DNA of 60,445 bases from a virus (lineage: Duplodnaviria; Caudoviricetes), in the IMG/VR virus record IMGVR_UViG_3300027306_000005, positions 1 through 60,445 of that record, one strand, 5' to 3'. Each line of letters begins with the position of its first letter. Position 1 is the first letter of the stretch. Under the pieces are notes generated by a model. The model had not been told where the DNA came from and did no database searches. It worked only from the letters and a program-made list of their open reading frames with translations. The position numbers and the translations under genes were made by a program. Shown in pieces: positions 46,828 to 55,300 of the stretch.

Positions 46828-47642
46828 GGCGTCTCCTGGCCGGGGCTCAATTCTTCGAAGACCGAACCGTGCGAGGCCCAGGCTGCTTGTTGCATCGCAT
46901 CGAGTTGTTCGTCGGTGACGTTGGCGATGGTCACGCAAGTGACACCCTTGTATTGGCGCACGCCGATGGCATCGGGCTTGAGGATGTACTTGGGTGGGTA
47001 GAACAGTTCCTCGATCTCCGCATAGGAGAGGATCAGCCGGTTGCCCATGTCAGTGAGCACGCTGATTGCCCATTCACTGAGTTCCATCTTGGCACCGACG
47101 ACAACTGCGTTGCCACAGCGACGACCGTCCTTGGTCATGAGTTGGGCACGTTCCGCCAAGTAGCCATTGACGTGCGGCTCAACGTGGCATTCCGCCCATT
47201 CAGGTAGAGGGAACTCGTCTTCTTCGATGGTGGCAACGTGCTGAGTTTCATTGCCGATCACGATGCCTTCGGCCATGGGTTTGACTTGGTAGTCCCGGCC
47301 CACCAATGCCCGGTACAACTGCTCAGGCGTGATGTCCACGTTGCGCTGCTTGATGGCTTCAACGAAGTCCAGGGCAGCTTCCATCGTTTGCCACGCACCG
47401 AGCGGGTCGGCGCTGTAGCCGTGAGCAGAAATGACCAGCTTCCCATCGGCGTTCACACCGTAGGTGCTCAACGTGTTCGCAGCCCACAGGGTGTCGGTGG
47501 TCACGTCGCCGGCTTGCAGGGCATCGGCCAGGGTGAACAGCCAACGGGGCGCATCGTCCCAGGTGTTGAGCGCACGGTTGAGGGCCACCAGCAGCATCGG
47601 CAGGCGTTCTTCGGTGATGTGGGTCAGGAGGTTGGTTTTCAT
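46824..47642 (-). CDS. hypothetical multidomain protein
   Basis: ORF in operon; start reassigned to ATG 47642. Confidence 0.7.
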   Translation of the reverse strand: MKTNLLTHITEERLPMLLVALNRALNTWDDAPRWLFTLADALQAGDVTTDTLWAANTLSTYGVNADGKLVISAHGYSADPLGAWQTMEAALDFVEAIKQRNVDITPEQLYRALVGRDYQVKPMAEGIVIGNETQHVATIEEDEFPLPEWAECHVEPHVNGYLAERAQLMTKDGRRCGNAVVVGAKMELSEWAISVLTDMGNRLILSYAEIEELFYPPKYILKPDAIGVRQYKGVTCVTIANVTDEQLDAMQQAAWASHGSVFEELSPGQETP

Positions 47643-47665
47643 GATGGTGCGTTTGTCAGTTGGTT

Positions 47666-48037
47666 TCAGAAAATCTCGAAGCGGGAGATGCCGCGAGTGA
47701 CGAGACGTTGCTTGTTGGTGCCTTGCTCGACAGCGATCATCAGTCGCATGCTGTAGTCGCTGACCCAAGCCTTTTCGGAAGACTCGTACAACTTCACTTC
47801 GTTCTGTTGCATGCCGAGGTACACATCGAACCAGCGCACCGCCGTTTCCAGGGTTGACCGAGCTTCACCAGCGCGGATGAACGGTCGTTTAGCTTGCTGC
47901 TCGTCAATCGTGAGCTTCGTTGCAGCGACGATCTCGTCCTTGTTGGCGATGAGTGTGTCAATCGATTCCCGCAAAGCCCTGGCCATGCGCTGTGAGTCGA
48001 CCAAGTAAGGCAGAGTGTTGTTGATGGGGGAGTTCAT
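47666..48037 (-). CDS. hypothetical protein
   Basis: ORF in operon. Confidence 0.6.
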   Translation of the reverse strand: MNSPINNTLPYLVDSQRMARALRESIDTLIANKDEIVAATKLTIDEQQAKRPFIRAGEARSTLETAVRWFDVYLGMQQNEVKLYESSEKAWVSDYSMRLMIAVEQGTNKQRLVTRGISRFEIF

Positions 48038-48042
48038 GGTGC

Positions 48043-48474
48043 TCACAGGTTGTCGAGGGAGGCGATGATGGGCATGCATGACTTGCCACGGATGCGGCCG
48101 GACGCCTGGGCGAACTGCGGGGTCTCAGCGTCGATGGGACGACCAACCCACACGATGCGATCAGCGAACACGCGCCAGCCCGAGCAGTTGCTGTGATCGG
48201 ACAGGAGCAGACCGTTCGGATGGTCAGTCGTGACACGCAGCCAGCGGCGCAAGGCGGCTTCAGGGTTGACAGCGTTGAGCATGACGATGGACATGCCGGT
48301 GATCTTCTCTTGGATCAGGTTGGCCGCAGCGATACCGGGCACGAAGACAATGCTGTGACCGTACTTGACGATCTCGCGCAGGTTGGTCTCAGGGGTGTTG
48401 CTCATGATGAGGTGTGGTTGAAAAGCGAACAGACGGTTATCTCGTTGGGCAAGGTAGGGGGTGGGGTGGTTCAT
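48043..48474 (-). CDS. hypothetical protein
   Basis: ATGA overlap. Confidence 0.6.
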   Translation of the reverse strand: MNHPTPYLAQRDNRLFAFQPHLIMSNTPETNLREIVKYGHSIVFVPGIAAANLIQEKITGMSIVMLNAVNPEAALRRWLRVTTDHPNGLLLSDHSNCSGWRVFADRIVWVGRPIDAETPQFAQASGRIRGKSCMPIIASLDNL

Positions 48475-48806
48475 GCCTTGAAGTGCGTCTCGATGTAGCG
48501 CACACCGAAGCGGGCGATCTCGACGGCGCTGGCGCCTGGGTTGTCGTTCTGCCAGAACGTCATCGCGCCGAAGATCCGATCCGTATTCTCGTCATCAGCA
48601 AGCTCAGGAAATTTCTGAAGCACTGCAATGCGGGCGACAAGTTGGGCGCACCACTTGATCGCATCTTTGTAGCTATCGCAGGGGTGGCTCATCGGGTGGC
48701 TGTTGAGCTTGGCGAGATTGCTCGGAACACGGACATACCAGTCACCCGTGGCACGTCGAACCGAGCAGACTTGGCGAGCTTTGACGAGGGCGAGGGAGAT
48801 GTTCAT
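48471..48806 (-). CDS. hypothetical protein
   Basis: ORF in operon. Confidence 0.6.
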   Translation of the reverse strand: MNISLALVKARQVCSVRRATGDWYVRVPSNLAKLNSHPMSHPCDSYKDAIKWCAQLVARIAVLQKFPELADDENTDRIFGAMTFWQNDNPGASAVEIARFGVRYIETHFKA

Positions 48807-48816
48807 GGTGGTGCTT

Positions 48817-49017
48817 TCATTCGGAGATGCAGACCCAGCGAGCCTTTGCCGACTTGCGGTGCCACACCGCTACGCCGTCGCGTGTGCAGCAGCCGGATTT
48901 GGCGTAGATGCACAGCAGGCCGATCACGCTTTCATGCTTCGTCCAGAACGAGACGTTAGGGCCTGAGATGGTGGCAGTGACCACGGCGTAACGGTCTTGC
49001 GGGGTGGCGGCGTTCAT
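48817..49017 (-). CDS. hypothetical protein
   Basis: First ORF after the promoter at 49050-49078. Confidence 0.55.
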   Translation of the reverse strand: MNAATPQDRYAVVTATISGPNVSFWTKHESVIGLLCIYAKSGCCTRDGVAVWHRKSAKARWVCISE

Positions 49018-49049
49018 GGTGCTGGGGTTGTTGCGTTGTCGATGGCTTG

Positions 49050-49078
49050 ACTTTAGCGATAGACGCCACGTCTGACAA
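49050..49078 (-). promoter_or_regulatory. sigma70-like promoter with AGAC-N5-GTCT operator
   Basis: TTGTCA-17-TAAAGT; AGACGCCACGTCT at 49061-49073. Confidence 0.7.
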
Positions 49079-49095
49079 GCGGGTAACCTTAGAAC

Positions 49096-49320
49096 TTAGT
49101 CGGACTTTGCCGGGAGAAGTTCCGTCGCAAACGCCACACCCTCTTGATGGGCCATCTCACCGAGCGTCGACGGTGTGAGGGTCTTCATGTCGAGAGTCAT
49201 CGTGTCCTTCTCACCATGGCAGGTGACCTCGATCAGACGTGTCTTGGTGTCGAGGTCGTCACACCAGTAGACGCGATCCACGAGCTTGTTGCAGCGGGCA
49301 CAGCGGATGCGGGGGTTCAC
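49096..49320 (-). CDS. small Zn-binding hypothetical protein
   Basis: CARC...CHG. Confidence 0.6.
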   Translation of the reverse strand: MNPRIRCARCNKLVDRVYWCDDLDTKTRLIEVTCHGEKDTMTLDMKTLTPSTLGEMAHQEGVAFATELLPAKSD

Positions 49321-49718
49321 GTCGCGCCTCCGTTGAGTTCCTCGGTCAGATCGACATCAGGCACCTCGATGATCTTGACGAAGACCTTCAGACCTTTGTA
49401 GTTGGCCATGTCGATCATCTGCTTCGTGCCCTTGCTCTGGCCATCCCATACCGCGATGAGTGCCTCACCGGCCTTGGCCATGTCGGTGTTGCGGCTGAAC
49501 CCGGCGTAACGGTTGAAGTTGCCCCGGGCGTCGTACCACACCGGCAGGAACTTCTCGACGGGTATGCCGTTCTCTTTGGCCCACTGGACACCCAGCTTGT
49601 CCACGCCTCGGGCGTCACCGGAGATCACCTTCGTGATCGTGAAGCCGCTTTCCGCTATGGCCTGCTTGAGCACCTCGTAGTCACAGATGGCACGGGTGCC
49701 TGCGATGACGGTTTTCAT
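49317..49718 (-). CDS. SLOG-family (YspA/DUF2493-like) protein
   Basis: IAGTR, ISGDARGVD, AG..RN..MA, WDGQSKGT. Confidence 0.8.
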   Translation of the reverse strand: MKTVIAGTRAICDYEVLKQAIAESGFTITKVISGDARGVDKLGVQWAKENGIPVEKFLPVWYDARGNFNRYAGFSRNTDMAKAGEALIAVWDGQSKGTKQMIDMANYKGLKVFVKIIEVPDVDLTEELNGGAT

Positions 49719-49957
49719 CCTTCATCTCCCGACAGACTCTGCGGCAGACGCAGGGCCTCGTGCATGACCTCGACGGGTTGCCCCATGAAGAAGTCAGAGC
49801 CGGCCATGTCGCCGAGGAACACGAACCGCTTGGCCGCTGCGATGGTGGGCTGGTGGTAGCCGAGGTGGCCGGTGTTGCCGGTCTCCAGCGCGTTGTGCAG
49901 GCCCTGGATGCAGCGATATGCGCGGGCAAGTTCGATCTTGAGTTGGTATTCGGTCAT
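49715..49957 (-). CDS. hypothetical protein
   Basis: ATGA overlaps at both ends. Confidence 0.6.
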   Translation of the reverse strand: MTEYQLKIELARAYRCIQGLHNALETGNTGHLGYHQPTIAAAKRFVFLGDMAGSDFFMGQPVEVMHEALRLPQSLSGDEG

Positions 49958-50262
49958 TGTTCATCCTTCTTTGGTAGACGGTAGCTCCACACCCAAGAGG
50001 GGAAGCCCATGCTGTGCATGTCACCAAGACCTGTGCGATGGCGCCGAAGCCGTTTGCGCTTGTGCATCTCCGTGAGGTCTCGACCGAGTTGGCGGCAACG
50101 GTCGGCCCCGTACATCATGGGTTTGCTCTTTGCACCCGTGGCCTGCACATAGGCGAAAACGAAGTTCGCGTCGCAGACATCAACGGTGTAGCTGCCGTAG
50201 TTGGTTCGCGTGTGCACACGCAGGTAGTTCTCGATCCACTCGTAACGGTCGATGGGCTTCAT
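49954..50262 (-). CDS. hypothetical protein
   Basis: ATGA overlaps. Confidence 0.65.
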   Translation of the reverse strand: MKPIDRYEWIENYLRVHTRTNYGSYTVDVCDANFVFAYVQATGAKSKPMMYGADRCRQLGRDLTEMHKRKRLRRHRTGLGDMHSMGFPSWVWSYRLPKKDEQ

Positions 50263-50510
50263 TTCGATGCGCCTTCCTCATCGGGCAAACGTGTCACCCG
50301 AACGATGTCGATCACTTCTCGCGTGGTCGGCTGCACGGAGACAAACCACTCCTGTTTCAGCTTGCCGGTGAGCCCGTTGCGCTTGGCGCACGCGCACACG
50401 GTCTGCTGTAAGGGCATGGGACCACGCGAGGTAGCGTCGAAGAACTCAACGTCACCCGGTTGCATTGACAACAGCCGGTCGGCCATGCTGCCGTGGCGGG
50501 GGCCTGTCAC
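50259..50510 (-). CDS. hypothetical protein
   Basis: Coupled ORF; L.SMQPGD..FF ... VRVTR. Confidence 0.6.
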   Translation of the reverse strand: MTGPRHGSMADRLLSMQPGDVEFFDATSRGPMPLQQTVCACAKRNGLTGKLKQEWFVSVQPTTREVIDIVRVTRLPDEEGASK

Positions 50511-50713
50511 GTCGTCTCCTTGATGTGCTTGTTGCCGTCCGCAACCGACTCAGCGAGGCACGGTGACTGGTGCACACGGTGCTCGACGCCATCACGGTCG
50601 CGGACGATCTCGAAGTAGAAGAGGTTCAGACCCTTGCCGGGTGCGCGTTGAAGCTGGCGCAGGCAGTGCCAGCACAGCGACGGCGGGCCTGGGGCGATGC
50701 GGGCTTTGGTCAT
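50507..50713 (-). CDS. small Zn-finger-like protein
   Basis: CWHC...H..C. Confidence 0.6.
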   Translation of the reverse strand: MTKARIAPGPPSLCWHCLRQLQRAPGKGLNLFYFEIVRDRDGVEHRVHQSPCLAESVADGNKHIKETT

Positions 50714-50955
50714 CAGTACGACCTTCTCAGCGGCTCAGGTTCCGGCCATGGCTTTGCGAAGCCGATCAACTGACAAGGCACCTCGACTTCAACCACTTGC
50801 TGGAGGCTTCCTCGCGTCAGTTGCATGTACCGACCATTGCTAACGACGTTATCGGCCCATTCCTTTTTGGCGATGGGACCGGCAAGCATGCCCACGATCT
50901 CATCGGGCTTGTCGGGCATGACCTCGACGACGTAGTAGCAGGTGAACGTGGCCAT
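50713..50955 (-). CDS. hypothetical protein
   Basis: TGATG coupling to rdgC. Confidence 0.6.
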   Translation of the reverse strand: MATFTCYYVVEVMPDKPDEIVGMLAGPIAKKEWADNVVSNGRYMQLTRGSLQQVVEVEVPCQLIGFAKPWPEPEPLRRSY

Positions 50956-52004
50956 CACAGTTCCTCGTCGTCTTCTTCGTTGAGCGGATCGACGGGTTTG
51001 GTCTTGGCGATCTCCTTGGCCTCGCGCTTGAGTTCGGCCAGGGTCTTGAAGCCACCGAACTCGTGCATCAGGTTGATCACCACATCGGTGTACGTGCGAG
51101 CCGTGAGCCACAGGACGGCTTCGAGTTGCTGCTCGGTGGTCTCGGCGTCACCCATCTCGGTCTTGGCGACACCATCGTTGAACTTCAGACCCTTGAAGAC
51201 CAGCTTGTCGCTGAGCTTGAAGCTGAGCATGCGGTTCTCTTCGTTGCCGTTGGGGTCGTAGCTGATGCCGAGTTCATGCACGTCATACTGCTGCTTGAGC
51301 AGCTTGGTCACGTCATCCGACTCGATGTCCTTGTCCTTGATGCGGATGGTCTGCTTGCCCTCGCCACGCAGCACGGCGTTGTCGGTGACCATGAAGGCGC
51401 CGTCATCATTGGCACTGCTGAAGCCGTCCTTGGCCAGGAGGGTCAGCGTGCCCACCACGGCGTTGTTCGGTTGCAGCGGGTACCACGAGGTGTCGCTGCT
51501 CGTCATCTGGTTGAACAGGCCGCACAGCATCACAATGGTGTCCTCGGCACGCTTGGGCGAGGTCGTGCACACCAGCACGAGACGGTGCTTGGCGATGAAG
51601 ATCACCGGGGTGACGGAGCGGCGGATGAACGCCTTGGGAAGCAAGGAGAACTCGACTTCCTCCTTGAGCATGGCGTAGTCCTTCTTGCCGATGGCACGGC
51701 CTTCGCGCTGGTTGAACTTCTCAACCTCCTTGGCCAGGAACTCGTCACGCACCTTGCCAGGGAGGATGCGTTCGTTGACCTGCATGGCCATGAGGAACTT
51801 GCCTGCTTCGATCTGGTGGACGAGGTTTTCACCCACGGCAGCGATCAGACCCTGCGAGCGCCAGGACGTTGCGGCCGGGTCTTTGCTGCCCCACACCTCG
51901 GCGATGCTGCCGCTGAGGGTCTCGGGCTCATCACCCTTGAGCCAGTCGAAGACGGCTTGCGATGCGAGGTAGGGGATGAACGCGGGGAACTTGAGCTTCT
52001 TCAT
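50955..52004 (-). CDS. rdgC: recombination-associated protein RdgC
   Basis: ERILPG.V, EGR.IGKK....LKEE....LLPKAF, ends ..FGG. Confidence 0.85.
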   Translation of the reverse strand: MKKLKFPAFIPYLASQAVFDWLKGDEPETLSGSIAEVWGSKDPAATSWRSQGLIAAVGENLVHQIEAGKFLMAMQVNERILPGKVRDEFLAKEVEKFNQREGRAIGKKDYAMLKEEVEFSLLPKAFIRRSVTPVIFIAKHRLVLVCTTSPKRAEDTIVMLCGLFNQMTSSDTSWYPLQPNNAVVGTLTLLAKDGFSSANDDGAFMVTDNAVLRGEGKQTIRIKDKDIESDDVTKLLKQQYDVHELGISYDPNGNEENRMLSFKLSDKLVFKGLKFNDGVAKTEMGDAETTEQQLEAVLWLTARTYTDVVINLMHEFGGFKTLAELKREAKEIAKTKPVDPLNEEDDEEL

Positions 52005-52052
52005 GATGGTTTGTCCGTTGAACAGGTGGAGGGGAGAACCGGATGTGGAGGG

Positions 52053-52481
52053 TCAGCGCAGGAAGGCGTTGTAGGCGGCGCCGAAGTAGAAGCCCATGAT
52101 GAAGATCCCAGCGGCCAGGAGGATCTTTTCACCGTATTTGCGGGGCTTCTTGTTGAGGGTCTGGTCGATGAAGCCAAAGGTGTTGCTGGCCTCGCTCTCG
52201 CGTTCAACCCACTTGATGCGATGGTTGATCTCACCGTGCACCTTGTAGAGCAGAGTGATGTCGATGAGACGGCCGGCACGACGGTAGCTGTCGATCTTCT
52301 GGATCTCCTGCCAGAGGGTCGATGTCACCCCTTCACATTGGGCGATGCTGCGGGCCGCATGTTCCACGGTGCGGGCGTCGAAGTCAGTGAAGCGACGAGC
52401 AGGTTTACTGAAGTCGGTGGCGCTGGAGATGGTCATGGTTGGCGGTCCTGGGTTGCGTTGAGGTGGGGTTTGGTTGTTCAT
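52053..52481 (-). CDS. hypothetical protein with C-terminal TM segment
   Basis: ATGA overlap; ILLAAGIFIMGFYFGAA. Confidence 0.6.
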   Translation of the reverse strand: MNNQTPPQRNPGPPTMTISSATDFSKPARRFTDFDARTVEHAARSIAQCEGVTSTLWQEIQKIDSYRRAGRLIDITLLYKVHGEINHRIKWVERESEASNTFGFIDQTLNKKPRKYGEKILLAAGIFIMGFYFGAAYNAFLR

Positions 52482-52969
52482 TGGCTCTTCAGCTTCACTT
52501 GCTCGACGTGCTCGATCTCCAAGTGCAAAAGCTCTTGTTGCGACTCGCTGTAGCACCAATCAAACTTCGTGCCGAAGGGGAGATCGAACTGCTCGATCAG
52601 CAGCTTCTCGATGTCGTCGATGGCGATGCGGCCCTTGATCATGTGCGTTTGCACGGTCTCGGTGTTGCGAGCGATTGCCGCAGAGATGGCGTTGCGACCG
52701 GGTTTGGGCTTGGCACGTTGGTCGTCTTCGGCAGGTTTGTCTGGATTGTTCAGTTGTTGCCTGAGCAGGTTCTTACAAGCATCGATGACAGCTTTGTACT
52801 TCTCAGGTGGGATGTCCATCAACTTGGACCTGCCACCATAGACCTCCATGACAGTTTTGGCATCACCCACGCCCAACTTGTCCTTGAGAAGATATACGTG
52901 CGCCTCCATCGTGTGTTGGTCGACGGTCGTGCTGTCGAGCAGCGCAGTTTGTTCGGGGGTGAGTTGCAT
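52478..52969 (-). CDS. hypothetical protein sharing a domain with 4180..4539
   Basis: AGGAG RBS; KDKLGV.DAK.V....GG..KL.DIP.EKY.AVI.AC. Confidence 0.7.
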   Translation of the reverse strand: MQLTPEQTALLDSTTVDQHTMEAHVYLLKDKLGVGDAKTVMEVYGGRSKLMDIPPEKYKAVIDACKNLLRQQLNNPDKPAEDDQRAKPKPGRNAISAAIARNTETVQTHMIKGRIAIDDIEKLLIEQFDLPFGTKFDWCYSESQQELLHLEIEHVEQVKLKSQ

Positions 52970-53030
52970 CGGGTGCTCCTGTGAATCTGTAGAACCGGCC
53001 AGGGGTGTGAGGTAAGGGCCGGGTAAACAA

Positions 53031-53067
53031 TCAACCAAATGTGGAATCAAGTGTAGACGAGAAATCT
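53031..53067 (-). promoter_or_regulatory. 16-bp motif (copy 3) plus degenerate AGAC-N5-ATCT operator
   Basis: TCAACCAAATGTGGAA at 53031-53046; AGACGAGAAATCT at 53055-53067. Confidence 0.6.
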
Positions 53068-53108
53068 GACACCGGCAAGGGGTCGATAGCAGAAAGTTGG
53101 AAGTCAGT

Positions 53109-53378
53109 TCACGACGTGCGGGTGATCAGGGTGACAACGAAAATGTTGCCGGTGGCCGTGATCAGTTCGGTCGTCTCGATGATGTAGCCCTGGCCAGAGG
53201 AATCGCTCGCACGCTTGATCGGCGGGCTGTAATGCTGACGCAGGGTCTTCTTGACCTCGTTAAGCGTGTGCAGTTCGGACGGGTCGATCTGTTTGGCCAC
53301 GCTGAAGGTCTGACCGACATCGAGGTTGACCAGTTGTTCACGGATCGAGGGCATGGGAGTTTGTTCTTCGTTGCTCAT
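53109..53378 (-). CDS. hypothetical protein
   Basis: L.NLDVGQTFSV ... VTLITR. Confidence 0.7.
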   Translation of the reverse strand: MSNEEQTPMPSIREQLVNLDVGQTFSVAKQIDPSELHTLNEVKKTLRQHYSPPIKRASDSSGQGYIIETTELITATGNIFVVTLITRTS

Positions 53379-53383
53379 GGTCT

Positions 53384-53887
53384 TCAGTCTTTCAGTGGGT
53401 CGATGGGAAGGTCGGGCCGGATGACGGTGTAGGGGGTGCCGAGCATGAGCCGGCCGAGTTCTGCGTCGGAGATGGGCTCACGGGCTGCGGCGGCGAACTT
53501 CTTCATCGCCCGATCACCTGACTCGGTGATCTTGGTGTGCATCGCAGGATCGTAGGGCCGGGTGAAGGTTGTGGTTCGCGGCATGGCCAGGGAGGGGAAG
53601 TCTTCGTCGTCGCTTGACACGTCCCACCAGGGGGAGCGGGCAAGAAGCTGACTTCGCCGCGAGAGCAACCCACCGTAGTGGCTGTTGATCATCAGCTTGC
53701 ACCACCTCACATAGAACCTGACCGTGGTGGACAGGGTTTTGTAGTTTGACGCGTTGATCGGTGTGCCTGGGCATGCCGGGATGCCACTGAGCTTGAGGAT
53801 CTTGGTTGCTCGGAGGTAGATCGTCCACTGATGTGCACGGTTGACCTGAAACGAGTTCTTGTGACGACGACGTTGACGCATCTTCAT
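53384..53887 (-). CDS. hypothetical protein
   Basis: GGAGG RBS and ATGA overlap at 53887. Confidence 0.55.
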   Translation of the reverse strand: MKMRQRRRHKNSFQVNRAHQWTIYLRATKILKLSGIPACPGTPINASNYKTLSTTVRFYVRWCKLMINSHYGGLLSRRSQLLARSPWWDVSSDDEDFPSLAMPRTTTFTRPYDPAMHTKITESGDRAMKKFAAAAREPISDAELGRLMLGTPYTVIRPDLPIDPLKD

Positions 53888-54078
53888 TTGCGGAACCTCC
53901 GTTGCTCTTGCTTCCATTGAGCGGTCTTGCGTTGTTGCCGTGGTTGAGCAGGGCGGTCATAGCAGACGGCCACCGTAAGCCCATTCATCTCCTTGGGGAA
54001 TGTGACGGTGCCCGTGCGCTGGTTGAGTACAACCCCATCCACTGAGAGACTGACGTTGCTGATGATGTAGGTCTTCAT
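53884..54078 (-). CDS. hypothetical protein
   Basis: AAGGAG RBS before ATG 54078. Confidence 0.6.
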   Translation of the reverse strand: MKTYIISNVSLSVDGVVLNQRTGTVTFPKEMNGLTVAVCYDRPAQPRQQRKTAQWKQEQRRFRK

Positions 54079-54080
54079 GA

Positions 54081-54482
54081 TCAGAACAACTCCTTGACGT
54101 TGAACGGGTTGCGCAGGAGCACGATCTGGCATGGCGCCTGAACGGTCTGCATGCGATGACTGATGGCTGCAATGAGTTGACGCAGCTTGAAGAGCTTGTA
54201 CTCGTCGCAATCGTCGATGACCACAAGACTCACTGGCCGGAAGACCTTGCCGCCTCGTCCTTCGATCACATCGTCTGCCGTGACAGCTTTGTCTTCTTGC
54301 AAGGCTCGATGTTGCACGGTCCAAGCGACCATGCTTTGAGACGTGCAAACGAACCACGGGCACGGGGCGGTCTCAAGATCGAAGTAAGGGGCGAACCTGT
54401 TGACCATCGACACGCCGAGCGAGGTCAGGCCGGTTTGCCGCTCCATGGTGCCGAGGCTGATGATGTGGGGGAGGGTGGTCAT
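54081..54482 (-). CDS. hypothetical protein (degenerate P-loop-like)
   Basis: RQTGLTS and LVVIDD resemble Walker motifs. Confidence 0.55.
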   Translation of the reverse strand: MTTLPHIISLGTMERQTGLTSLGVSMVNRFAPYFDLETAPCPWFVCTSQSMVAWTVQHRALQEDKAVTADDVIEGRGGKVFRPVSLVVIDDCDEYKLFKLRQLIAAISHRMQTVQAPCQIVLLRNPFNVKELF

Positions 54483-54528
54483 AGGGTGGTGCGGGTAGAA
54501 AAGGGTGGTACGTGTTCTGGAAGAGGCA

Positions 54529-55053
54529 TCAACCCTGGGTGGGTTGCTCAGGCTTCCACTGCTGGGTCTTGATCTGAACGATCAGGTCGCGTGCCTTGTT
54601 CTGGCTGTCCGCTGTCGGATGTGGTGCATCGGCGATGTCTTCGAGCAGATCGAACATGCGCTTCGCGTTGACCAGCAGCGGGACATTCTTGTAGTAGTCA
54701 TCGCGACGTTGACGCATCTCGGTCGCACGCTCTTCATCAGTCTGAGCTATGAGCCACCAAGTGGCGGGGATCATGGCCACGGTGTTGTCGTTCTCGTCGA
54801 TGACATGGCAGATGTCGTTGCGCATGACCTTGCGCCAACCCTTTTCAGGTGGCTTGGCCTTGGCCTCGCAGCGGTCAACGAGGTCTTGCATGTCGCTGGT
54901 GCGCGGGCATGCGGGCTTGTCGGTGCTCAGGTAGACGGTTTGGCCGCACTCGATGTCCTGCGGGATGCTCTGGCAGTGTCTGGCGTAGAGACTCAGCAGG
55001 TTGTCGATGCGGTTCACGTGGGTGACGAGGAACGGGGTGGTGCTGAGGGTCAT
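54529..55053 (-). CDS. hypothetical protein, first gene of the leftward early operon
   Basis: AAAGG RBS downstream of the promoter. Confidence 0.65.
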   Translation of the reverse strand: MTLSTTPFLVTHVNRIDNLLSLYARHCQSIPQDIECGQTVYLSTDKPACPRTSDMQDLVDRCEAKAKPPEKGWRKVMRNDICHVIDENDNTVAMIPATWWLIAQTDEERATEMRQRRDDYYKNVPLLVNAKRMFDLLEDIADAPHPTADSQNKARDLIVQIKTQQWKPEQPTQG

Positions 55054-55070
55054 GGTGGTGCCTTTCGTCG

Positions 55071-55122
55071 ATATATTCAGTGAATACATCGCCAATCATA
55101 GCGTAGACAAAGCGTCTGTCAA
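55071..55122 (-). promoter_or_regulatory. leftward sigma70 promoter with two operator types
   Basis: TTGACA-16-TATGAT (55122-55095); AGACAAAGCGTCT at 55105-55117; TATTCAGTGAATA palindrome at 55071-55091. Confidence 0.75.
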
Positions 55123-55166
55123 CACTCTCAACCAAGAATTTACCCGGTGAAGATGTAAAAACTTTT

Positions 55167-55300
55167 GGAACGGGCCAGGGTCACAAAGTAAGACGAGGTG
55201 TGGAGTTGAGCTTTCTGCGGTGGTCCGGGGTGAGCACTGGCCAAATTTGCCCGCTGGCAAAGCGTAGAACTTAGGAACTGGCCAGGGTCACAAAGTAAGA
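55167..55300 (+). repeat. 27-bp direct repeat GGAAC(G/T)GGCCAGGGTCACAAAGTAAGA, two copies
   Basis: 55167-55193 and 55274-55300, one mismatch. Confidence 0.85.

Noticed and set aside
728-52553. Many long antisense or alternate-frame ORFs (e.g. 728..2092, 6746..8563, 16987..18552, 29183..30664, 51063..52553)
   Set aside because: They are shadows of GC-biased codon usage on the opposite strand, overlap well-supported genes and show no motifs or RBS.
55167-55300. Direct repeats as a mini-CRISPR array
   Set aside because: Only two copies with an 80-bp spacer and no cas operon; the Cas4-like gene is the ordinary DUF2800 replication nuclease.
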